A stretch of 52,925 nt of DNA from a virus (IMGVR_UViG_3300041409_000458), one strand, 5' to 3'. Positions 1 through 8,569 are shown, counted from the first letter of the stretch. Numbers and translations: made by a program. Notes: generated by a model from the sequence alone, not told the origin.

Positions 1-874
1 CAACACAGCACACACAGGTAAGTTTGGGATAAATACTAATGCGCCTGATGTCGCATTAACTGTTTTTGGGGATACTAAAATATATAATTCAACATACGGT
101 GATGGTTTTTTATCTGTATATCCGAGTGCTGGTACAGCAACTATAGGAGATGGTGGTTCTTTTGTTAACGGAACTCAATTAACTATAGTTGATGGGGATA
201 ATAAAGGTTTTTTTACTAACGGGGCTACCACAGGTAAGTTTGGCATAAACACATCTACACCATCAGTAGCTTTAGATGTGGTGGGTAGCGGTAAATTTGA
301 TATCACTGGTGCAAATAGCTTTAAAGTTATTGAAACAGGCAATGGCAATAAATTTATTTTAGCTGATTTGACCGTAAATCAATACGGTATTGGGGATTTA
401 GATGGGAATAATAATAATACCTCTTTATTTATAGACGATGCTACTGAAACATATGTATTCTCTAACAGTTCGGCAACAGTACAGGTAAATAATTTATCCG
501 GCACAGGTTCCCGTGCAGTATTAGCAGATGCAAGTGGGGTATTGAGTGCTTCAGGAGCTTCATTCCATTCTTATAGAACTACTTCTATAAGTGGGAATAT
601 AACAAGTAATGACTATACTGTAAGTATTAATAATACAGCCGCTACAGTAACTTTAACATTGCCTGATGCCACAACTAATATAGGACAAATATTTGTAATT
701 AAACGTAAATCTTCTACAGATATAGGAATTATAACAATTGATACTGCTGGTGGTAATATAGAAGACCCTACAAGTGGTGTTTATGCTTCTACATTTTTAC
801 TTCCTACTAAAGGAAATCCATATTCAACAATACAAGTTCAGAGTAACGGAACTGATTACGAAGTTATCAATTAA
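1..874 (+). CDS. Tail fibre / receptor-binding-like protein, 5' truncated
   Basis: Frame is open from base 2, upstream of the called GTG at 278. Two GKFGINT-x-P-x3-L-x-V-x-G repeats (bases ~17-70 and ~230-290) typical of beta-rich fibre modules. Gly/Asn/Thr-rich. Confidence 0.65.
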   Translation, partial: NTAHTGKFGINTNAPDVALTVFGDTKIYNSTYGDGFLSVYPSAGTATIGDGGSFVNGTQLTIVDGDNKGFFTNGATTGKFGINTSTPSVALDVVGSGKFDITGANSFKVIETGNGNKFILADLTVNQYGIGDLDGNNNNTSLFIDDATETYVFSNSSATVQVNNLSGTGSRAVLADASGVLSASGASFHSYRTTSISGNITSNDYTVSINNTAATVTLTLPDATTNIGQIFVIKRKSSTDIGIITIDTAGGNIEDPTSGVYASTFLLPTKGNPYSTIQVQSNGTDYEVIN

Positions 875-890
875 AAAATAATATAAATAT

Positions 891-2276
891 ATGAAAAAAA
901 TTCTTTTAGGTTTAAGTATTCTCTGTAGTTCTTTTATAATAAAGAAAGTAGCTCCAATATTTGTAGCTGCTACAGCAATTACAGAGGTAGTATCTGGACA
1001 AGCTTATAATATTATAGTAAATAATCCAACAGCTACAAGTGCCATACGTAAAACAACAGCACCAAATGATACTATTGCTGTATACAAAGCTAATACTTTA
1101 GAATGGTGGGCTGGTAATTTATGGATGAAGCAATTTGCACATCCTCATACAGATGGTTTGCCAACAACTAATGCAGCTATGAATTGGATAGATGCTAATG
1201 GCTATCAAAAGACTACTCCAATGATCACAATGCTTTATCCTAATGGACCAATAATGCAAAGTGATTCAGCAGTGGCAGCTATAGCTTCTATTAATGCTGC
1301 TATTGCCTTAAAATACAATGCAAGCAATCCTTCTAATTACATAGATAATAATACAAGTAGTTTAGCTAATTATTATACAAAAACATTAGGTGATACAAGA
1401 TACTTGCAATCCTATACAGAGACAGACCCACAATTTGATACAAAATTTGCAGCTAAAACTACTAATGATTTAGCAGAGAATATTAATCTCTACTGGACTA
1501 ATGCAAGAGGAGATGCTCGTTATCCACAATTAACAGGTAGCTATGGTAATCCAGCTTGGATAACAGCTTTAGCTTATAGTAAGCTCTCTGGAGCACCTAC
1601 AGTAGTATCTTCATTTACAAATGATGCTGGGTATTTAGCATCTATAACTAGTGGAAATGTTACAACAGCTTTAGGATATACCCCTGTAACCAATGCAAGA
1701 ACTATTAATATAAATGGTACTACTCAAGATTTATCAGCTAATCGTACTTGGACTTTAGCGAAAGGAGATATTGGATTAGGTAATGTAGATAATACCACAG
1801 ATGCTAATAAACCCGTTTCTACAGCCACACAGACAGCTCTAGATCTTAAACAGAATGTCATTACAACTGGTACAACAGGACAATATATAAGAGGAGATTT
1901 ATCGTTAGCTACATTTCCAACGCTTTATACACCAAATTATACAGCCTATGAAGCTATAGTTACTCAATCTGGTGGTTCTGCACCTTCAGCAGTTAGAAAA
2001 GATGCTAACTTTGGAGCTACAACATTTACTTGGGCAAGAAGTTTAGCTGGACAATATACAGTAACAGCTTCAACACCAACTTTTACAGCAGGTAAAACAG
2101 TGGTTATAACATCATTAGAAGCCAATGGTTTGCAAAAATATACTGCTGCTGTAACTTCTACTACAGTAGTAACATTTAATTCAACAGTACAGAGCGTTAT
2201 TACCTTAATACTTTCTTTGACAGGTACAGATGGCTTATTTACTAATACTTTGGTAGAAATCAGAATATATAATTAA
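891..2276 (+). CDS. Tail-fibre-like structural protein with signal-peptide-like N-terminus
   Basis: Fibre-type segments (ITSGNVTTALGYTP, RTININGTTQDLSANRTW, IGLGNVDNTTDANKPVSTATQTALDLKQ). N-terminus MKKILLGLSILCSSF is basic then hydrophobic. Confidence 0.6.
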   Translation: MKKILLGLSILCSSFIIKKVAPIFVAATAITEVVSGQAYNIIVNNPTATSAIRKTTAPNDTIAVYKANTLEWWAGNLWMKQFAHPHTDGLPTTNAAMNWIDANGYQKTTPMITMLYPNGPIMQSDSAVAAIASINAAIALKYNASNPSNYIDNNTSSLANYYTKTLGDTRYLQSYTETDPQFDTKFAAKTTNDLAENINLYWTNARGDARYPQLTGSYGNPAWITALAYSKLSGAPTVVSSFTNDAGYLASITSGNVTTALGYTPVTNARTININGTTQDLSANRTWTLAKGDIGLGNVDNTTDANKPVSTATQTALDLKQNVITTGTTGQYIRGDLSLATFPTLYTPNYTAYEAIVTQSGGSAPSAVRKDANFGATTFTWARSLAGQYTVTASTPTFTAGKTVVITSLEANGLQKYTAAVTSTTVVTFNSTVQSVITLILSLTGTDGLFTNTLVEIRIYN

Positions 2277-2387
2277 ATGGAAAATCCCATCTGGTTTAAT
2301 TTAACAAAAAAGACTTTCAGTTGGGTTACCAACATAGCAATATTGATATTATTAGCATGTGAGTTTAAAGATGATGCGTTAATATAA
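2277..2387 (+). CDS. Possible 36-aa small hydrophobic protein (not in ORF track)
   Basis: ATG directly follows the TAA of the previous gene. MENPIWFNLTKKTFSWVTNIAILILLACEFKDDALI contains one hydrophobic stretch. Confidence 0.3.
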   Translation: MENPIWFNLTKKTFSWVTNIAILILLACEFKDDALI

Positions 2388-2463
2388 AAATAGCACAAAG
2401 TTCTATAATGGAGTTTTTAGATACAATTTTAGTAGATTTTTTAAAACAATTAAAATAAAAATT

Positions 2464-2646
2464 ATGGAATATTCATTTTTTCGTGTAAGTGGTGATTCTT
2501 TAGAATATATCAAGACACTTTCACCAAAAACAACAACTTTTGTAAATGAAGAAGCTTATTATACAACAGGATTAACTGTACCTCAAGCTGAGGAAGAATG
2601 TCCAAATGGATTTTCAGTAGGACCAAGACCTCATCCACATAGCTAA
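2464..2646 (+). CDS. Hypothetical protein (60 aa)
   Basis: A-rich leader, and its stop overlaps the next start (TAATG). Confidence 0.55.
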   Translation: MEYSFFRVSGDSLEYIKTLSPKTTTFVNEEAYYTTGLTVPQAEEECPNGFSVGPRPHPHS

Positions 2647-2990
2647 TGAAAACTGCAAAATACTTAATTGTTATTGGTGTAATAATACAAATACTCACTA
2701 GTATGTTTTGGTTTCATATACCAAATATACAAATAGCTGAAATAGTAGAAGCATTAGGACAAATTGTAGGAGAGATATTATATTTTATAGCTTTTACGAG
2801 ATTATTTATAGAAGATAAAACCTTCAAGTATTTTCTTAGCTTTGTTAGAGATTTAATTATATTTGATATATTTGATATATTATTCTTAAATCCCTTTGAG
2901 ATAAGTACTCCAAAATATAGTAATTTTTATTTTGCAATAATTTTACTATTATATAAATTAATCAGAAAATTCTTAAAAAAAGAAGAATAA
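2646..2990 (+). CDS. Small multi-pass membrane protein
   Basis: About 4 hydrophobic segments and a basic C-terminus. TAATG coupling on both sides. Confidence 0.65.
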   Translation: MKTAKYLIVIGVIIQILTSMFWFHIPNIQIAEIVEALGQIVGEILYFIAFTRLFIEDKTFKYFLSFVRDLIIFDIFDILFLNPFEISTPKYSNFYFAIILLLYKLIRKFLKKEE

Positions 2991-3109
2991 TGGCTTGTGA
3001 AATAGTAATAAAACCGAAGGATGTACCTGTAAAACCTATTTACGTAGGAGCAGTAATGGAAAATTGCAGCTGTGATTCAACAACTACAACAACTACGGCT
3101 GCCCCATAA
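2990..3109 (+). CDS. 39-aa Cys/poly-Thr microprotein (not in ORF track)
   Basis: Translates to MACEIVIKPKDVPVKPIYVGAVMENCSCDSTTTTTTAAP. TAATG overlap with the upstream gene, and the same CxC...T(n)xAP ending as the next gene. Confidence 0.7.
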   Translation: MACEIVIKPKDVPVKPIYVGAVMENCSCDSTTTTTTAAP

Positions 3110-3119
3110 ATAATAATAT

Positions 3120-3521
3120 ATGAAAATAACTTGTAATAATTGTGAGGAATTAATGCAGAAATATCTATGTGATTTGCCTTCTGCGTGGTCAAAACAGATG
3201 GCTAAGGTTATCTGTAAGTTCATCAATCCTACTGTTCCTCTTGACTGTAATAGTGTTAAGAATTGTGAGACTTTAACCTCCTTATCCGCATTTACTGTGG
3301 ATGGAAGTGAGGTATGTATTACATACACTGATGAGAATGGTACAGCAGTTACTCGTTGTTTTGATATGAATGACGTAGGATTAGATTTGGACCCAAAATG
3401 TATAATGGACCAAGAAGATTGGGATTTGTTATCATGGAGAGACCAGATACAGGCAATTATTGACTATGCATGTACTTGTCAGCAGCACACTACAACCACA
3501 ACAACAACTATAGCTCCATAA
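3120..3521 (+). CDS. Cys-rich protein with C-terminal poly-Thr tail
   Basis: Paralogous to the N-terminal domain of the next gene (CETLTSLSAFTV vs CETVTSLSTFTV). Ends CTCQQHTTTTTTTIAP. Confidence 0.75.
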   Translation: MKITCNNCEELMQKYLCDLPSAWSKQMAKVICKFINPTVPLDCNSVKNCETLTSLSAFTVDGSEVCITYTDENGTAVTRCFDMNDVGLDLDPKCIMDQEDWDLLSWRDQIQAIIDYACTCQQHTTTTTTTIAP

Positions 3522-5200
3522 TGACTTATAATAATTGCGTAAAACAGGTAATAGAAGAATTAGATGCTCTCCCACAAGTGTGGGCAGAGAAGTTGGCATG
3601 TAATATATGCAGTTTGGTAGAAACTGAGGATGAATGTGCAACAACTTCGGACTGTCAGGATATCAGTGAGTGTGAGACAGTAACCTCATTAAGTACCTTT
3701 ACAGTAATTGATGACAAGATATGTATATCTTTCAAGGATGAAAGAGGAGTTACAGTAAAGCGTTGTTTTATAGCCTCTCAATTTACAGATGAGATAAACG
3801 AAACGGATGGTTTATGTATAGATTCGGATTGGAATACTTTCTCCTCAAAAGAGAAGTGGCAAGCAGTAATAGATAAAATCTGCAACTGCTGTAATCCAAC
3901 TACAACAACCACAACAACTTCTACCACAACAACTACCACAATACAAGAATGTCCTGATTGTTACACAATTAGATTCGTTAATCCGGATAATGAAGACCAT
4001 GATATTGATTATGTAAACTGTGATACCCTTAGTCCATCAAATATTACTCTTGGTGCAGGAGAAAGTGTAACTATTTGTGGATGTAGTGATAGTTTTGAGT
4101 ATGATAATGAAATTATAGCTGAGTTTATCAGTGACACTTGTAACGCTGAATCATGTGAGAGTTGCAATAAGTATACATTAATAAATAATTTAGATGAACC
4201 ACAGCAGATTCATTATATAGATTGTGCTACACAATTACCTGCATTTGTTTGGGTTCTTCCTAATGAAGAAACGATTATTGATTGTGCTTGTACTGATAGT
4301 GTTGTTATTCCAGACAGGAGTCCTGTTGAAATAATAGCTGTTGCTGACTGTGATGAAATAACTACTTCTACAACAACTACTACTACATTACCACCTTGTA
4401 GATGCTATAATGTTCAAAATCCGGGTGCTGTTGATAGGGTTCTTAATTACACAGATTGTGATGGTGATATACAACAGGAGGTTGTTCCTGCCGGAACAGG
4501 AGTACTCAGATGTGCTCCAAATGGTTTCATTAGTGGATTTGGATTAACTATCACAGACCTTGCTGCCTGTGCTGATATAGATGCTTGTAATAACGACCTT
4601 CTTACAACGACAACTACTACTACATCTACAACAACTACAACAACGGCAGCACCCACCACAACGACCACAACTACATCTACGACTACAATAACTACTGTTC
4701 CTATAGAGGAAGATATAGTATATTTCACCAATAGTCCTACAGTTGGAGATAGAGGTGCAATCGTATGGTTCTCAGCAAATGATTACTATACACCAAATAC
4801 TCCGGCTTCTTTAATACCAGCTAATTGCTTGAATATCAGTGATTTAGGACCTTCACCTGCTATTGAAATAGAGTTAAATTATTGGACAGATGATGATGAA
4901 GCTACAATTGATGATGGATTTGGAGACGTAAGAACACCTGATGGAACTAAGACAATTAATGTATCTACAGATTTATTAACATATAATGGAAGTAGTGGAG
5001 CTTGGCAGAGAGGAAATGGATTATTCACTTTACTTGAAGGAGCTAATATTGCAGCTTTTGAGATTACAAGTGTAACATCTGGTCTTACTTATAATGGAGT
5101 GAATCACCAGTTTAACTTACCACCAGCCAATCATTTTATAAGAGTTCATAATACATTCTCTGCAGGTGCAACAGGTGTAATATGGTTTGATTTAACATAA
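3521..5200 (+). CDS. Cys-rich, mucin-like poly-Thr repeat protein (probable virion decoration or fibre)
   Basis: Likely start is the ATG at 3521 (TAATG overlap; track start is 3470). Three poly-Thr tracts separate an N-terminal Cys domain, three ~60-70 aa Cys-containing repeats and a beta-rich C-terminal domain. Confidence 0.7.
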   Translation: MTYNNCVKQVIEELDALPQVWAEKLACNICSLVETEDECATTSDCQDISECETVTSLSTFTVIDDKICISFKDERGVTVKRCFIASQFTDEINETDGLCIDSDWNTFSSKEKWQAVIDKICNCCNPTTTTTTTSTTTTTTIQECPDCYTIRFVNPDNEDHDIDYVNCDTLSPSNITLGAGESVTICGCSDSFEYDNEIIAEFISDTCNAESCESCNKYTLINNLDEPQQIHYIDCATQLPAFVWVLPNEETIIDCACTDSVVIPDRSPVEIIAVADCDEITTSTTTTTTLPPCRCYNVQNPGAVDRVLNYTDCDGDIQQEVVPAGTGVLRCAPNGFISGFGLTITDLAACADIDACNNDLLTTTTTTTSTTTTTTAAPTTTTTTTSTTTITTVPIEEDIVYFTNSPTVGDRGAIVWFSANDYYTPNTPASLIPANCLNISDLGPSPAIEIELNYWTDDDEATIDDGFGDVRTPDGTKTINVSTDLLTYNGSSGAWQRGNGLFTLLEGANIAAFEITSVTSGLTYNGVNHQFNLPPANHFIRVHNTFSAGATGVIWFDLT

Positions 5201-5769
5201 TGATAGGGATATACAAAATAACAAGCCCTTCTGGTAAAGCCTATATTGGACAGTCTTGGAATATTCTTAAGAGGTTCATAGATTACAAATATTGTAATAA
5301 GGCACAGCGTTACATATATCATTCTTTGGCAAAACATGGGTATACAAATCATATATTTGAGATAGTTCATGAGCTTCCAGAGGACATAACACAGTCAATA
5401 CTAGATAGTTATGAACAATTGTATATTGATACACACAGGGATTGTGGGATAATTTTGATGAATATCAGAGAAGCTGGGACTGGAGGAAAACATAATGTTA
5501 GAACTAAGGAGTTAATGAGACTTGCATCATTAGGAAAACCTAAGTCGAAACAACATTGTATAAATAATGGTCTCGCAAAGAAGGGACAATATCCTAAATC
5601 AGCCAAGATAGTTGTTGACCTAATTACTAAGGAAATTTATCCTTCTGCTAGGGTTGCAGCTGACTCAATTGGAGTAACACATAGTACTCTAAAGAGTTAT
5701 TTAAATGGTACAAGAATAAATAAAACCAATTTACAATATGAACATAGCTATAACTTTGGTAGCAACTAA
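5200..5769 (+). CDS. GIY-YIG homing endonuclease (free-standing)
   Basis: GIYKITSPSGKAYIGQS motif, conserved E (SYEQLYI) and N (MNIREAG), C-terminal HTH/NUMOD1-like tail. Confidence 0.9.
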   Translation: MIGIYKITSPSGKAYIGQSWNILKRFIDYKYCNKAQRYIYHSLAKHGYTNHIFEIVHELPEDITQSILDSYEQLYIDTHRDCGIILMNIREAGTGGKHNVRTKELMRLASLGKPKSKQHCINNGLAKKGQYPKSAKIVVDLITKEIYPSARVAADSIGVTHSTLKSYLNGTRINKTNLQYEHSYNFGSN

Positions 5770-6499
5770 TGCTTACTTTATTCTTGGGTTGAGGTTTATG
5801 AAGAAGTTCATGAATCACTATAAGGGTAATAATACTATAACTTTTTATATATTTAGTGATGAAGACCCAAAACCATACCTTTCAGATAATATAAGGTTCA
5901 AGTATTTCTATAGAACTCATAAATGTTGGCAAGATGGAACAAATTCTAAATTTGCTAATATAATATCAATAGAGAAAGATTTAAAGGACGAAGATTATAT
6001 GTACCAATTCGATGCAGATACAAATATCACTAAAGATTTTACTGATGAATGGTTCCTTGGAGATTTGGTGGGTGGCGAACATTATGGAAACAGGAATTAT
6101 CTTAAAGATGGAGTAGGTTTTGACCACAATCCGAAAAGCAAAGCCTATGTTCCTTACTTCAGCAAGTTACCTTGTACTTACTATTATGGAGCATTCTTTG
6201 GAGGTAAGAAAGACAGAATGATAGATTTCTGCCAAACATTATATAATAATCAACTGGAAGATAAGAAGATACCTTATGAGCCAGTTGTTAATGATGAGAG
6301 TTACATTAATCAATATTTTCATTATAATCCTCCCACTTTAACAGTTCCTTGTGATAAGTTTGAATTTTTAGTTAGTGACAAAGGAGGAATAGGAGAAACC
6401 CGTAATACAAAATTAAATACGGATGAGTTCAGAAAACGCTTGCGTGAAAATACTAATAAGTTATTTGACATACAGCATAACAAGCTTATCTTTGTATAA
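5738..6499 (+). CDS. Glycosyltransferase family 6 (ABO / alpha-1,3-Gal-transferase-like)
   Basis: N-terminal IxLVATNAY, DxD motif (FDAD), YYYGAFFGG (human GTB YYMGAFFGG) and NDESYIN (human HDESHLN). Confidence 0.9.
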   Translation: MNIAITLVATNAYFILGLRFMKKFMNHYKGNNTITFYIFSDEDPKPYLSDNIRFKYFYRTHKCWQDGTNSKFANIISIEKDLKDEDYMYQFDADTNITKDFTDEWFLGDLVGGEHYGNRNYLKDGVGFDHNPKSKAYVPYFSKLPCTYYYGAFFGGKKDRMIDFCQTLYNNQLEDKKIPYEPVVNDESYINQYFHYNPPTLTVPCDKFEFLVSDKGGIGETRNTKLNTDEFRKRLRENTNKLFDIQHNKLIFV

Positions 6500-6510
6500 A
6501 ACCAACAAAC

Positions 6511-7455
6511 ATGATATATTTAAGTTGTCAGCCAGTGGATAGTTATTTCCTTTGGCAAGTAGAAGTACAGATTACAAATTTTCGTAAATTCGGAGTATCA
6601 GGAAAGATGCATATATTAGTTTGGTACCCTGAAAGAAGGGCTGCAGAACTGGAAGCATGGAGAGCTTTACAGGATAAATACCCGGAAACAAGATTCTTTT
6701 TTTATAAAGATGAAGGTGTTAATCTTGGATTATATATCTCTCAGCTTCGACCACATACTATAAAGAAGCATTTTGCAGCTATTCCGTCTCTCAAGAGAGA
6801 GACTATATTTTACCACGATAGTGATATAATATTCAATTATCTCCCTGATTTTGAGTCACTTTTGGACGATAATATCAATTGGCAATCAGATTGTTCAAGC
6901 TATCTTGATTACAATTACCTCAAGAGGAAAGAAAAGGAAGGTAATATTCCTGATGACGAAGCTGTAAAAATATTGGCTAATATCGGAAATATTCCGATAG
7001 AAGTCATTCAAAGTTACACAAATAAGACAGGTGGAGCTCAATGTATCCTCAAAGAAGTCGATTCAGCCTTCTGGTCCGATGTAGAAAGACAATGTATAGA
7101 GATAAGGAAAGCTTTCTGGTTTAATTCTCCTAACTCTATCAATAAAAAGTACTTTGAGAGTGAAAATAAGGGCTTTCAGAGCTGGTGTGCTGATATGTGG
7201 GCTCTTAACATGGCTTTGTGGAGTAGAGGAAAAATAACGAACGTAACACCACTTCTGGACTTCTCGTGGGCAACTTCAAGCATCGAAGAGTTTAATAAGA
7301 AGCCAATTTATCATAATGCCGGGGCAACCAAGGATAAATCTGAACTGTTCTATAAAGGAGATTGGATTCATAAATCTCCAATTGGTCAAGTTATTATCAC
7401 CAAACCTAACTCAGCATCCGAACAATATATCAAAGCTATACAAGAAGTAAAATAA
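6511..7455 (+). CDS. GT-A glycosyltransferase resembling plant peptide O-glycosyltransferases (HPAT/SGT1, GT95/GT96)
   Basis: Motifs in colinear order: SCQPVDSYFLWQ (cf. plant YFDWQ), YISQLRP (cf. INKP), FYHDSDIIF (DxD), GGAQ, WCADMWA (cf. WISEMY), IYHN. Confidence 0.65.
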   Translation: MIYLSCQPVDSYFLWQVEVQITNFRKFGVSGKMHILVWYPERRAAELEAWRALQDKYPETRFFFYKDEGVNLGLYISQLRPHTIKKHFAAIPSLKRETIFYHDSDIIFNYLPDFESLLDDNINWQSDCSSYLDYNYLKRKEKEGNIPDDEAVKILANIGNIPIEVIQSYTNKTGGAQCILKEVDSAFWSDVERQCIEIRKAFWFNSPNSINKKYFESENKGFQSWCADMWALNMALWSRGKITNVTPLLDFSWATSSIEEFNKKPIYHNAGATKDKSELFYKGDWIHKSPIGQVIITKPNSASEQYIKAIQEVK

Positions 7456-7502
7456 CGTACAGAATTATTTTAATATTTCAAATTTTTTAATTATATTATA
7501 TT

Positions 7503-8147
7503 ATGGCACTATTAGATACATTAAAGACGACAGGTGAAGTATTAGGTAGCGTTATAGCGGTGGGAACCATTATTTGGAAAACCTTTGCTAAGAAGTGGTG
7601 GAATAGATACAGAGCTTCGCTACATGCTCGCTGGGACAAGTTAACTGCGGAGTTAGCTTCTCAGAATAGGGAAATTGCATCTATTAAGCACATGCTTTAT
7701 CCGAATGGTGGTAGTAGCATGTTTGATACCCAAAGAAAAATGTTATCTCAAGTAGAAAGTGTCATATTAAAATTAAATAGCTTACAAGTATCCAACAGAA
7801 ATACTTGGGATATTTTGGATATTGCTTCATGGGAATCTGATAGTGAAGGTAGAATTACTTATGTATCAATAGCTTTTTGTGATTTGATTGGTGCATCACC
7901 TTTAGAGGTAATGGGAAATTCATGGGTAGGAAGAGTTGCTTCATGGGACAGGGATATGGTTGTAAAACTATGGAGAGAATCAGTAGCAAATGGCTCCGAA
8001 TTCATATTAGTACATTCACTAAGAAGAAATGATGGTAAATATCAAATGGTACAGCCAATCGTTATACACAATAAAGATAAAGATGGTAAAGTTTTAAATA
8101 GTTTGGGTAGGCTTCTGAAAATTGGAGAACCTTATATACACGAATAA
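7503..8147 (+). CDS. Membrane-anchored PAS-domain protein in lysis cassette
   Basis: N-terminal hydrophobic helix followed by basic residues, a coiled coil, the PNGGSS motif, then a PAS signature (WESDSEGRITYVSIAFCDLIGASPLEVMGNSW ... RRNDGKY ... DKDGKV). Confidence 0.75.
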   Translation: MALLDTLKTTGEVLGSVIAVGTIIWKTFAKKWWNRYRASLHARWDKLTAELASQNREIASIKHMLYPNGGSSMFDTQRKMLSQVESVILKLNSLQVSNRNTWDILDIASWESDSEGRITYVSIAFCDLIGASPLEVMGNSWVGRVASWDRDMVVKLWRESVANGSEFILVHSLRRNDGKYQMVQPIVIHNKDKDGKVLNSLGRLLKIGEPYIHE

Positions 8148-8569
8148 TGAAGAGAATTTTTAAATATATAGAACCTTTATGGCAGGGTGCAGATGGTAAA
8201 ATATCTGTAAGGTCTGCTTTGGCTATAGCCTTCTCTATTGATTTTATTCATAATTTATCTCATGCCATCTTTAAATGGGATGGTGGTAGAACTCTTGAGG
8301 GTTTATCACTAGTTCTTGGTATTGAAGCTGGTCTAATAGTAGCTTTATTAGGTTTAACTACTTATCAGAACATGGCAGCTCAGAAGATTGACAGTCTTGC
8401 AGCAAATCCTACAGCTCCTGCCATCACAATTGAGAAGGTTGAGAACGTAAATACAGCTACAAATACAACTACAGCTAAAACTGTAAATGCTGCTCAAGTA
8501 GATACTGTTAATACAACAAACACAAATATTACATCAAAAGTACAAATCGACAATCCAGATGGTCAATAA
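8147..8569 (+). CDS. Putative holin
   Basis: Two predicted TM segments. Lies directly upstream of, and overlaps, the endolysin. Confidence 0.6.
   Translation: MKRIFKYIEPLWQGADGKISVRSALAIAFSIDFIHNLSHAIFKWDGGRTLEGLSLVLGIEAGLIVALLGLTTYQNMAAQKIDSLAANPTAPAITIEKVENVNTATNTTTAKTVNAAQVDTVNTTNTNITSKVQIDNPDGQ

Noticed and set aside
3899-4700. CRISPR array or DGR template/variable repeats
   Set aside because: The repeats are ACN codon runs inside an ORF with no repeat-spacer periodicity. There is no reverse transcriptase and no adenine-specific TR/VR pair in the window.
4447-4731. Antisense poly-Val ORF and other short opposite-strand ORFs in the track
   Set aside because: They are shadows of the real genes (e.g. 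the reverse complement of Thr codons), with no independent motifs or expression signals.
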